From assembly GCA_963695555.1 (NCBI GenBank), contig CAVOGR010000002.1, positions 192,001 through 256,000 on the forward strand: 64,000 nt of DNA, in the 5' to 3' direction. How positions within the stretch are numbered: position 1 is the stretch's first letter; the number at the start of each line of letters is the position of its first letter. Positions 29,380 through 38,203 of this stretch are shown piece after piece. The notes under the pieces were generated by a model. It saw only the letters and a list, made by a program, of their open reading frames with translations, did no database searches and was not told the DNA's origin. The stretch comes from an uncultured Gemmatimonadales bacterium (GTDB lineage: Bacteria > Gemmatimonadota > Gemmatimonadetes > Gemmatimonadales > GWC2-71-9). A program made the position numbers and the translations under genes.

Positions 29380-29436
29380 TTGACCCATTCTATCTTCGGT
29401 ATATATTCGGTATTATTGTACCGAATAAATCCCGAA
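29380..29436 (+). promoter_or_regulatory. sigma70-like promoter (TTGACC-N16-TATATT) overlapped by an 18-bp inverted repeat; candidate repressor operator of the mutagenesis cassette
   Basis: TTCGGTATATATTCGGTA (29395-29412), 6-nt spacer, TACCGAATAAATCCCGAA (29419-29436); 16/18 complementary; AT-rich island in GC-rich DNA. Confidence 0.7.
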
Positions 29437-29448
29437 ATCGAGTGGTTT

Positions 29449-29652
29449 ATGTCTTTGCCTATCCCCTCGCCCCCAACGCCTTCCCGCCCCCGCTCTCGCT
29501 CTCGCTCCCAGCCGCGATGTCCACCGGCTGTTTCCGATAGCAATCCGCTCACCTTCCACCTAGTCCGGGTCTGCCCGGAGTGCGCCGGCCCTATCGTCCG
29601 CAATTCCGGATGTGTCACCTGCGTACAGTGCGGATGGGGAAGGTGTGGGTGA
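29449..29652 (+). CDS. 67-aa Cys-rich zinc-ribbon microprotein
   Basis: CPEC-x9-CVTCVQC-x4-CG at the C-terminus; its TGA overlaps the next GTG (GTGA). Confidence 0.7.
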   Translation: MSLPIPSPPTPSRPRSRSRSQPRCPPAVSDSNPLTFHLVRVCPECAGPIVRNSGCVTCVQCGWGRCG

Positions 29653-30698
29653 CCCCTCAGCTCCCCCTCACCCCGGATTGGGCGGCGGCGGATACGGCGC
29701 CGTGGGCCACGCTTGTCGAACGGGAGCGCGGTGCCACGTTCGTGGCGTTGCCGATCCGTTCCGCACTCAATTCCCCCGCGGCAACGGGGATGGGGTTCTG
29801 GTCGCTCAATCCCTACATCGGATGCGAATTCGGGTGCACGTATTGCTACGCGCGGCGAGCACATCGGTATGTCGTGGAACGGGCACGTCGCGCCGGGCGC
29901 CTCGATGCCCAGGGATTGCTCGAGTTTCGCGGCCCCGAGAGTTGGGAGGCCTTCGAACGAAAGATTCTGATCAAACGCGAGATTGCCGACGTGTTAGCGC
30001 GCACGCTCGCTCCGGCCAAGATGGCCGGCCATACATTGGTGATTGGTACCGCTACCGACCCCTATCAACCCGCGGAGCAACGATTCGGGCTTACACGCCG
30101 GGTGCTCGAGGTGCTCCTCCGGCATCGGGGGCTTTCGATCGGTCTCATCACCAAGTCGCCTCTCGTCACGCGTGATCTCCACATGTTCCAGCAACTGAGC
30201 ACCCGGCATGACCTGAGCGTTAGTCTCTCGATTGCCATGCTCGACGCACGGCTGGCCCGAAGGCTCGAGCTTCGCTCTCCGGCACCGCGCGCGCGTCTCC
30301 GCGCACTCCAGGTGCTGGCCGCCGGAGGGGTCCACGCGGGGGTGTTCATTGCGCCCATCCTGCCAGGCATCACCGATCGGTGGGCTGGGCTGGCCGCGCT
30401 AATGACCGCGGCGAAGGAAGCTGGTGCCCGGTATGTGGTTGGGTCGGCGCTCCGACTCAATTCCGAAACCAGGCATCGCTTCCTTCCATTTTTGATGCGC
30501 GAATTTCCTGAATTGGCCGAACGCTACCATCGCTGCTACGACTCAGGAGCTTCCCCGCGTCCTTCCTATGCGGACGCCGTGATGCGGCGCTTCCGGGCCC
30601 TCCAGCAGATTCATGGCTTTCCCGTAGCCGACGAGCGGCAGCGGCAACCGCCCCTGGCGGCGGCATCACCGAGAGAACGCCAGGAGATGCTTCTGTAA
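29649..30698 (+). CDS. radical SAM protein, SplB-like DNA-repair family (Rv2578c/PA0069-like)
   Basis: SLNPYIGCEFGCTYCYAR (CxxxCxxC), IGTATDPYQP, TKSPLVTRD, APILPGITD. Confidence 0.92.
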   Translation: MTPQLPLTPDWAAADTAPWATLVERERGATFVALPIRSALNSPAATGMGFWSLNPYIGCEFGCTYCYARRAHRYVVERARRAGRLDAQGLLEFRGPESWEAFERKILIKREIADVLARTLAPAKMAGHTLVIGTATDPYQPAEQRFGLTRRVLEVLLRHRGLSIGLITKSPLVTRDLHMFQQLSTRHDLSVSLSIAMLDARLARRLELRSPAPRARLRALQVLAAGGVHAGVFIAPILPGITDRWAGLAALMTAAKEAGARYVVGSALRLNSETRHRFLPFLMREFPELAERYHRCYDSGASPRPSYADAVMRRFRALQQIHGFPVADERQRQPPLAAASPRERQEMLL

Positions 30699-30708
30699 TG
30701 GAGTCGGC

Positions 30709-31917
30709 ATGATCCGCTCGATCGTCTTCATCGATCCGCCCGCGTTTTACACGACGGTCGAAGAGCTCGTGGCACCGGCGCTGCGCGGACGGCCCGTGGC
30801 AGTGGCGCCGGCCGGTGCCGACCGCGCCGTCCTTCTTGCCGTTTCACCGGAGGCACGAGCGGCAGGGCTTACGCGTGAGACTCCGGTGCATCGCGCCCGC
30901 AAGATCTGCCCCGATCTCGTGCTCCTGCCTCCCAACCCTGCACTCTACGCTCGGGCCTCACGGGCGCTCACGCGCATTCTTCGCTTCTATGCGCCGACCA
31001 TCGAGCCACGCGGCTACGGACATGCGTTCCTCGACCTGACCGGAACGGGACGGCTATTCGGCCCAGCGGTAGACGTCGCCGAGCGCATCCGTCGTGAGGT
31101 ACGGCAGCGCCTGAGGCTCCCGCTGTCGATCGGGGTCGCCACCAACAAGCTGGTGAGCGAGGCCGCGGCGGCGGTCATTAAGGACGCAGGGCCCGCTCAG
31201 CAGGCCGGCGCCGGCCCGCTGCTCGATATTCCACGCGGGCAGGAAGCCGTGTTTCTCGCGCCCCATCCGGTGATCTTGCTGCCAAACGTTCCCTCGAAGA
31301 TCCGCACACGCCTCGATGAATATCGGCTCGAACTGATTGGTGAGGTCGCCGCTGTCCCCGAGCACCAACTCTGTATCGTCTTCGGCCGACACGGCAGCAC
31401 CTTGTCCACCAGCGCCCGTGGAATCGATCAGCGGCCGGTGCTTCCTCCGGAAGTGCGGCGGGAGTTTCTGGCCTCCCACAGGTTGACGACCGATACCAAT
31501 GACCTCGGTGTCATCCATCCGTTGCTCCGTCGATTGAGCGAGCGCATCGGGGGTCGGCTCAGGCATCGCCGGCTCGTCGCACGGCGCCTGAACGTCCAGT
31601 GCGTCTACGCCGACCACACCACGGCAGCGCGCACCGTCTCGCTCCGGATCGGAAACCTCGATGTCGAGTTGTGGGATGCCGCTCGTCGCGCATTGACCCA
31701 GGCGAACGTCAAGCGGATCGCCATACGGGAAATCCAACTGACGGCATATCATTTCCTGGAGGCCGATGTGCAGCTGGACCTCTGGCATCAGCCACCTCGG
31801 GCGCTCTCGGGCGGACGTGCCGTCCTACGGGAAGCCGGGCTCCAGAGCGCCATCGATCGAATCACGGGACGATGGGGGGCCAGGGGCATGCGGGTGGGAG
31901 TAGGGAGTAGGGAGTAG
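30709..31917 (+). CDS. imuB: Y-family DNA polymerase homolog, probably inactive (ImuB/ImuY-like)
   Basis: FIDPPAFY, LRGRPVAV, SPEARAAG, SIGVATNKL; catalytic SIDE replaced by GYGH; clamp motif QLDLW. Confidence 0.85.
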   Translation: MIRSIVFIDPPAFYTTVEELVAPALRGRPVAVAPAGADRAVLLAVSPEARAAGLTRETPVHRARKICPDLVLLPPNPALYARASRALTRILRFYAPTIEPRGYGHAFLDLTGTGRLFGPAVDVAERIRREVRQRLRLPLSIGVATNKLVSEAAAAVIKDAGPAQQAGAGPLLDIPRGQEAVFLAPHPVILLPNVPSKIRTRLDEYRLELIGEVAAVPEHQLCIVFGRHGSTLSTSARGIDQRPVLPPEVRREFLASHRLTTDTNDLGVIHPLLRRLSERIGGRLRHRRLVARRLNVQCVYADHTTAARTVSLRIGNLDVELWDAARRALTQANVKRIAIREIQLTAYHFLEADVQLDLWHQPPRALSGGRAVLREAGLQSAIDRITGRWGARGMRVGVGSRE

Positions 31918-31922
31918 GGAGT
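31896..31922. repeat. heptamer tandem repeat (GGGAGTA) x~4 inside a G-tract cluster
   Basis: GGGAGTA GGGAGTA GGGAGTA GGGAGT(G); supplies the imuB stop codon. Confidence 0.85.
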
Positions 31923-31961
31923 GGGGGAGGAACGCCGACATTGAGAGGGAGCTTCTGATCC

Positions 31962-32522
31962 ATGGCCCAAACGTATTGCGAGGCTGCGCCCGGCCACCCC
32001 TGGCACGGTCCCTACCACGATGACGAGTATGGCTATCCCGTCTCCGACGATGCCGTCCTCTTCGAGCGTTTGGTTTTGGAGATCAACCAGGCCGGCCTTT
32101 CGTGGCTCACGATTCTCAAGAAGCGCGAGGCGTTTGGCCGGGCCTATGGCGGTTTCGTCCCCCAAGCCGTCGCGGCATTTAGCGAAGCCGATCGGGCCCG
32201 CCTTCTCGCCGATGCCGGAATCATCCGCAATCGCTTGAAAGTGGATGCTGCGATCGAGAATGCGCGCCGGGTCGTCGCGCTACAGCAGGAGTACGGTTCG
32301 TTCGCCCAATGGATTGCGGCCCATCATCCCCGACCGTTCGACGAGTGGGTCCGGCTCTTCAAGCGTACGTTCCGGTTTACCGGTGGCGAGATTGTGGGAG
32401 AATTCCTCAAGAGCATCGGGTATCTCCCGGGGGCCCACAGCACCACGTGCCCGGTCTACCGCCGCATCGCGCAACTGAGGCCGCCGTGGATGGGCGTGCC
32501 GCAGGCGCGGTCCAAGAAGTAG
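31962..32522 (+). CDS. tag: DNA-3-methyladenine glycosylase I
   Basis: YC..YHDDEYG, LEINQAGLSWLTILKKR, IIRNRLK, HSTTC Zn ligands. Confidence 0.95.
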   Translation: MAQTYCEAAPGHPWHGPYHDDEYGYPVSDDAVLFERLVLEINQAGLSWLTILKKREAFGRAYGGFVPQAVAAFSEADRARLLADAGIIRNRLKVDAAIENARRVVALQQEYGSFAQWIAAHHPRPFDEWVRLFKRTFRFTGGEIVGEFLKSIGYLPGAHSTTCPVYRRIAQLRPPWMGVPQARSKK

Positions 32523-32544
32523 GGGGCGGTCTGGGTCTCGGGCC

Positions 32545-35500
32545 ATGTTCACCCACCTCCACGTCCATACCCATTTCTCCTTCGGCGTGGGCGCCTCGAG
32601 TCCCGAGGAGCTCGTCGAGGCCGCCGCGGAGCGCGGATATGCCGCGTTGGCCTGCACGGACACGAACGGGGTCTATGGCGCCGTAGAGTTCCAGCGGGCC
32701 GCCGAAGCCGCGGGAATTCGTCCCATTTTGGGTGCCCTGTTATCGGCAAACGGCCAGGAGACGATCGCGCTGGCAACCGATGAGCGCGGGTGGGCGACGC
32801 TCTGCCGAGCCATCACGGCCATCCACTGGCACCACGACCTCGTGCTGTCCGCACAGCTCGCCGCCGATCGCCAAGGCCTGCTCCTCGTGTCGCGTGATAT
32901 CCCCTTCCTCGAACGCGTGCTTCGCTTGAGCGGTCCGGAGGATCTCTATGCCGAACTCCGGCCGGGCAAAGAGCGGCATCGGGTGTTGGCGGCAGCCCAC
33001 CGCTACAAGCTGCCCGCCGCCGTGACGAATGGCGTGATTGCCGCCCATCCGGAAGGATGGAATCGGCACCGGCTCCTTCGTGCTATCGCACTGAACACCA
33101 CGCTCTCGGCGCTCTCACCCCGGGAGATCTGGCCCCGCGATGCCTGGCTTCGCCCTGCCACCGACCTCGCCCGGCTATTCCCGGATTGTCCTCGAGCGTT
33201 GCGCGTAGGTGACGACATCGCCGAGCGATGCCGGTATCGAATCCCGATCGGCCGGACAGTACCCCCCCGGCTCGCCGACATCGGGAACGCGCTCGAGCGC
33301 CTTCGCGCCTTGACCTACGAGGGCGCCGCCCAACGCTACGGCACCATCGCCCCGATTACGCGCACGCGGATCGAGCACGAGCTCCAGATCATCGGCGCCA
33401 AGGGGTTCGCCGATTACTTCCTCGTGGTGCGAGACATCGTGCTGCATGGCCCGACCCACTGCGGGCGCGGCTCCGTTGCCAATTCCATCGTGAGTTACTG
33501 TCTCGGCATCACCCATGTCGAGCCGCTGAGCGCCGGACTCCTGTTCGAGCGGTTCCTCAACCCCGAGCGGACCGATCCACCCGACATCGACCTCGACTTT
33601 CCCTGGGATGAACGCGATCGCGTCTTGGCGTACGTGTGCCGGCGCTACCCGCACCCACAGGCGGCGATGGTGTCCAATCACAACTGCCTGCGCCGCCGCG
33701 GCGCGCTTCGCGAGGTGGCAAAAGTGTACGGCCGACCAGCGGGAGAAATCCGTGAGGTGACCCGCCGCATCCCGTGGTACGGCGCAGCTGAGTCCCTCCC
33801 CGATCTGGTTGCCACGCACCCCAACTTTCAGCGCCTCGATCTCCCGCAGGTCTGGCATGAGCTCGCCCGCATCGCGGAACCGCTCGTGGGAATTCCCCGC
33901 CACCTGTCGCTTCATCCTGGTGGCGTTGTCATCGCGCCGGTCACGCTCACCGACTTCGTCCCTACCGAGCCGGCCAAGAAGACCCTCGACGGAGCCCCGG
34001 ACGTAGCGCTTCCCGTGATCCAATTTGAGAAAGACGGCGCGGAAGACGCCGGTCTCGTCAAGATCGACCTGCTCGGCAACCGTTCGCTGGCCGTCATCCG
34101 GGATGCCATTGCCGCTGTGCGTCACAACACCGGCCGCGCGATCGACTACACCACGTCGGATCCGGCGGATGACGAGGCTACCAAGTCGCTGTTCCGCACC
34201 GGCCAGACCATGGGGGTCTTCTACACCGAATCGCCGGCCTCACGACAACTCTGCGCCAAGAGCCGCGCCGACACCTTCGACCTCCTCGTGCTGAACACCA
34301 GCATTATTCGACCGGCCTCGAATCAGTATATCCGGACATACCTCGAGCGATTACACGGTGCGCCGTATACACCGCTTCATCCGGTCTTGCGCGATACCCT
34401 GAGCGAGACATTCGGCATCATGGTGTATCAGGAGGACGTGGTGAACGTGTGCGCCGCCTACGCCGGCATGCCGTTGGCGACGGCGGACGGACTGCGCAAG
34501 GCGTTGTCGAAGAAGCGGCCAGCCAAGCGGTTGGCCGCGTACGCAGAGGAGTTCTTGTGCGGCGCCGACGCGCGTGGGCATGACTCGGATACGACCAAGC
34601 AGGTGTGGGCGATGGTCCTCTCCTTCGCCGGTTACAGCTTCTGCAAGGGTCATTCGTGTTCCTATATCCAGGTCGCGCAGCACGCATGCTACCTGCGCGC
34701 GCACTATCCCGCGGAATTTATGGCCGCGGTCTTGGCGAATGGCGGGGGGTTCTATCATCCGTTTGCGTATGTCGCCGAAGCAATGCGGATGGGTATTCGG
34801 GTGCTTCCTCCCGACGTGAATGCAAGTGAGTTCCGCACGACCGGGCGGGGCCGGGAATTACGAATCGGCCTTCAGTACATCAAGGGACTCTCGACTCGCG
34901 GCGCCGAGCGCCTGCTCGCGGCTCGCACGACGCCCTATCGAAACCTGGCGGATCTGGCCCAACGCGCCGGCTTGACGCCGGATGATTTGCGCATTCTCGT
35001 CAAGGTCGGCGCCCTAGATGCCATCGCGGGGGCAAAAACCCAACCCATGCTTCTGTGGGAGATCGACGCCGCCCGCATCCGCGGGGAGCCCCGGGAACCC
35101 ACGCTCGCGGTCGAGGCGGGTCCCACCGTGCCTCCCCTCAAGCCGTATTCCACCGAGCATCGCCGCCGCGAGCACTATCAGGCTCTCGGATTTCTCACCG
35201 ATCACCATCCCATGGACCTCCACGCCGACACCCTCCGTCGCTTTCGGCTCTGCCGAAGCACCATGTTGCACAACCATGTCGGACAGCGGGTCTTAGCCGC
35301 CGGCATGCTGACAACGGCAAAGCCCGTTCATACGATTCATGACGAACCCATGCAGTTCGCGACGTTCGACGACGGGATGGGCCTCATCGAAACGGTGTTG
35401 TTTCCTCGGGTATACCACGAGCGCGGACACCTGCTCTTCGATCAGGGGCCCTTCATTTTTCGCGGGTTGGTAGAGGAACAATTCGGGGTGACCACGCTTA

Positions 35501-35607
35501 CGATCACCCACTTGGATCGTCTCGAGCGCATGGTGGCCAAGCTGGGCTCCGTACGCTCCGACCCCCAACGCACAGCGAGTGGCCACAATCAGGGCCACTC
35601 GCTGTGA
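32545..35607 (+). CDS. dnaE2: error-prone DNA polymerase III alpha subunit (DnaE2-type)
   Basis: PHP HLHVHTHFS, GRGSVANS, PPDIDLDF, KIDLLG, YQED, C-terminal OB fold; 1020 aa without the replicative C-terminal extension; cassette context. Confidence 0.9.
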   Translation: MFTHLHVHTHFSFGVGASSPEELVEAAAERGYAALACTDTNGVYGAVEFQRAAEAAGIRPILGALLSANGQETIALATDERGWATLCRAITAIHWHHDLVLSAQLAADRQGLLLVSRDIPFLERVLRLSGPEDLYAELRPGKERHRVLAAAHRYKLPAAVTNGVIAAHPEGWNRHRLLRAIALNTTLSALSPREIWPRDAWLRPATDLARLFPDCPRALRVGDDIAERCRYRIPIGRTVPPRLADIGNALERLRALTYEGAAQRYGTIAPITRTRIEHELQIIGAKGFADYFLVVRDIVLHGPTHCGRGSVANSIVSYCLGITHVEPLSAGLLFERFLNPERTDPPDIDLDFPWDERDRVLAYVCRRYPHPQAAMVSNHNCLRRRGALREVAKVYGRPAGEIREVTRRIPWYGAAESLPDLVATHPNFQRLDLPQVWHELARIAEPLVGIPRHLSLHPGGVVIAPVTLTDFVPTEPAKKTLDGAPDVALPVIQFEKDGAEDAGLVKIDLLGNRSLAVIRDAIAAVRHNTGRAIDYTTSDPADDEATKSLFRTGQTMGVFYTESPASRQLCAKSRADTFDLLVLNTSIIRPASNQYIRTYLERLHGAPYTPLHPVLRDTLSETFGIMVYQEDVVNVCAAYAGMPLATADGLRKALSKKRPAKRLAAYAEEFLCGADARGHDSDTTKQVWAMVLSFAGYSFCKGHSCSYIQVAQHACYLRAHYPAEFMAAVLANGGGFYHPFAYVAEAMRMGIRVLPPDVNASEFRTTGRGRELRIGLQYIKGLSTRGAERLLAARTTPYRNLADLAQRAGLTPDDLRILVKVGALDAIAGAKTQPMLLWEIDAARIRGEPREPTLAVEAGPTVPPLKPYSTEHRRREHYQALGFLTDHHPMDLHADTLRRFRLCRSTMLHNHVGQRVLAAGMLTTAKPVHTIHDEPMQFATFDDGMGLIETVLFPRVYHERGHLLFDQGPFIFRGLVEEQFGVTTLTITHLDRLERMVAKLGSVRSDPQRTASGHNQGHSL

Positions 35608-35628
35608 GAGACGACCGACAGAAGGATG

Positions 35629-35832
35629 CTAGCCCTTCAGCACAAACGTCACCTTCATGTTCACTCGCCACTCCGCAACCTTGCCGCTCTTGACGATGAC
35701 GGTCTGTTCATTGACCCAGGCGCCCTGGATGTTCTCCAGGGTCTTGGACGCACGAGCAATTCCAGTTGTGATGGCGTCCTCGAAGCTCTTGGTGGAGCTC
35801 GACGTGATTTCGGAAACTTTGGCAACAGACAT
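35629..35832 (-). CDS. dodecin family protein
   Basis: MSVAKVSEITSSSTKSFEDAI..GIARASKTL..WRVNMKVTF; GGAGG RBS. Confidence 0.92.
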   Translation of the reverse strand: MSVAKVSEITSSSTKSFEDAITTGIARASKTLENIQGAWVNEQTVIVKSGKVAEWRVNMKVTFVLKG

Positions 35833-36045
35833 GCGATCCTCCCACATTCGAATGAGTGTCATGAAGCGGTGACCGTGCTCCCGGTGCCGGTGACAGAGGG
35901 GCGGGGCCCCGCCGGTGTTCCAGGGGACAGAGGTACACTACGCGGACCAGTGGTTTTCAGCAACCGTGCGGTGGACCGACTATGTTGGGACGACGCGAGC
36001 CGCGCGGAAGGCTAGCCACATCCGCGCCCCACACGAGGGTTCAGC

Positions 36046-36996
36046 GTGACCTCCTTGTTCGATCCACCCGGCCCGTTCGATACCGATGAGTTGGGACGTC
36101 TCCGGGAGCGTCTCCCCCAACATATCCACTTTGGGACATCCACCTGGACCTATCCTGGCTGGGCTGGGCTGGTGTATCACCGCTCATACCCCAAGAGCGG
36201 CGCGGGTGCCCGAATGCTCGAGGAGTACGCCAGGTTCCCGCTGTTCACGACAGTGGGTATCGATTCGAGCTTCTATGCGCCATTGAGCGATGCCACATTG
36301 GATCGCTACGCGCGCGCGCTTCCACCCGGATTCCGCTGCGTCTGCAAGGTGTGGGATCAAATCACCGTCCACACCGTGAGCAAGCTCCGCGATCCCGCCC
36401 GGGGTGGTCAGTCAAATCCGGACTACCTGGACGCGGATCTGTTCGAGGAAGCGGTGCTCGAGCCGCATCGTCAACACTTTGCCGACCACACTGGGCCGTT
36501 TGTGTTCGAGTTTCAGGCGATCCCCGGCTCGGCCAACGTCGTACCCCTGGCATTCGTCGACCGGATCGATCGGTTTCTCGGTGCGCTGCCGCGCGACGCC
36601 AACTATGCCGTGGAAGTCCGGAATCCCGAATTTCTCATCCCGGCCTACTTCGCCGTTCTACGTGAGCATGGCGTGGCCCACGTCTTCAATTCCTGGACCC
36701 GCATGCCCCCGATCGGCGACCAATTGGACCTCCCGGGTGCGATCGGGGCGCCGTTCATCGTGGCCCGGGCCCTGCTCCGTCCCGGCCGGAGCTATCAAGA
36801 GGCCGTTGACCTGTTCGCACCGTACGACCGCATTCGGGAACCGAGCCCCGAGCTGCGCACGGACCTCGTCCGGCTCATCGAGACCGCGGTCGAAACCCGC
36901 ATACCAGCCTACTTGTTGGTGAACAACCGCGCCGAGGGGAGTGCGCCTCTCACCATCGAGGCGGTGGCGCGGATGGCGGCGGATCGGTTAGGCTAG
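36046..36996 (+). CDS. DUF72 (YecE) family protein
   Basis: GTSTWTYPGW, VGIDSSFY, YAVEVRN, NNRAEG. Confidence 0.9.
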   Translation: MTSLFDPPGPFDTDELGRLRERLPQHIHFGTSTWTYPGWAGLVYHRSYPKSGAGARMLEEYARFPLFTTVGIDSSFYAPLSDATLDRYARALPPGFRCVCKVWDQITVHTVSKLRDPARGGQSNPDYLDADLFEEAVLEPHRQHFADHTGPFVFEFQAIPGSANVVPLAFVDRIDRFLGALPRDANYAVEVRNPEFLIPAYFAVLREHGVAHVFNSWTRMPPIGDQLDLPGAIGAPFIVARALLRPGRSYQEAVDLFAPYDRIREPSPELRTDLVRLIETAVETRIPAYLLVNNRAEGSAPLTIEAVARMAADRLG

Positions 36997-38199
36997 CGCG
37001 GCGGCCAGGTCGACCCCAGCCGCGGCGCACACGCGGGCAATCGTCTCGCCGATCTTGTTGTTCGGGGTCGAGGCTCCGGCGGTAATGCCTATGGTCCGGG
37101 CATTCCCGATCCAGTCTTCTTGTTCCACCAGTTCCTTCGTATCGACCATCTGGTGGCGGATGCGGCCCGTGGGCTCGACACCCGTGGCGTCCTCGATGTG
37201 GTAGGTCACGACCCCTCGGCGTGCCGCGAGTGTCGCAAGGTGGCAGGTGTTACTGGAGTTGAAGCCTCCCACCACGATCATCCGGTCGATCGGCTCCGCC
37301 AGGAGATCGAGCATCGCATCCTGACGCTCCTGCGTGGCGGAGCAAATGGTGTCGAAGGTACGGAAGTGATCCTCGAGGTGCGCTTCGCCGTACCGCCGCG
37401 CGACACTCAGCTTGATTTCCTCGGCGATCGCCAACGACTCGCCCGAGAGCATTGTGGTTTGATTCGCCAATCCGACCTTGACCAGGTCCCGGGCAAAATC
37501 GAAACCGGGTGATACCGCGCCAGCGAAGCGCTCAATGAGCGTCTCGGCATTGTCGCCCGACTCAATGAAGTTACAGACAAGCCGAGTCTCGGCCATATCC
37601 AACACGACGAGATAGCGCCCGCCGGGATACTTGGAGACCTGGCTCGCCGTAGCCTTGGTCTCTTCATGGTAGTGTTTGCCATGAATGATGGCCGTGAAAC
37701 CATCCTTGGCGTATCGCTCGACCCGCTTCCAGACGTTCAAGACCGATCCGCACGTCGTGTCCACCATAACGCACCCGATCGCGCCGAGTCGGTCGAAGTC
37801 GTTCTTGGTCACCCCGAACGCCGGTAGAATCACCACGTCGTCAGCACTCAAGCCCGAGAAATCGAAGTCTCCCTTCGTCCCATCGGCACGATGAAGGAAG
37901 GTGATACCCATTTCTTCCATCTTCCGATTGACGTGCGGATTGTGGATGATCTCGCCCACGAGCCGGATCTGCCGATCCGGAAACTTGCGTCGGGTTTCAT
38001 ACGCGTACTCAACCGCACGATCGACACCGTAACAGAAGCCAAACTCGCGTGCCAATCGGAACGTGAGCGGACCAACGGTCAGAGTGTAGTCGTTGGCCTT
38101 GATAGCCTCCACGACATGACTGTGATAGTCCTTCTCCAGCGAGCCTTTGATCTCTTGCCGGAGGCCGAAACCTTTCCGGAAATACGTCGATTCCATCAT
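36988..38199 (-). CDS. ispH: 4-hydroxy-3-methylbut-2-enyl diphosphate reductase
   Basis: GFCYGV, EIIHNP, DTTC, HEET, NQTT, DTICSATQERQ, SSNT, TAGASTP. Confidence 0.96.
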   Translation of the reverse strand: MMESTYFRKGFGLRQEIKGSLEKDYHSHVVEAIKANDYTLTVGPLTFRLAREFGFCYGVDRAVEYAYETRRKFPDRQIRLVGEIIHNPHVNRKMEEMGITFLHRADGTKGDFDFSGLSADDVVILPAFGVTKNDFDRLGAIGCVMVDTTCGSVLNVWKRVERYAKDGFTAIIHGKHYHEETKATASQVSKYPGGRYLVVLDMAETRLVCNFIESGDNAETLIERFAGAVSPGFDFARDLVKVGLANQTTMLSGESLAIAEEIKLSVARRYGEAHLEDHFRTFDTICSATQERQDAMLDLLAEPIDRMIVVGGFNSSNTCHLATLAARRGVVTYHIEDATGVEPTGRIRHQMVDTKELVEQEDWIGNARTIGITAGASTPNNKIGETIARVCAAAGVDLAAALA

Positions 38200-38203
38200 G
38201 ACC

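Noticed and set aside
30709..31917. Active DNA polymerase IV (dinB)
   Set aside because: Catalytic SIDE motif is replaced by GYGH
32545..35607. Replicative dnaE1
   Set aside because: Short C-terminus, GRGSVANS motif and mutagenesis-cassette context
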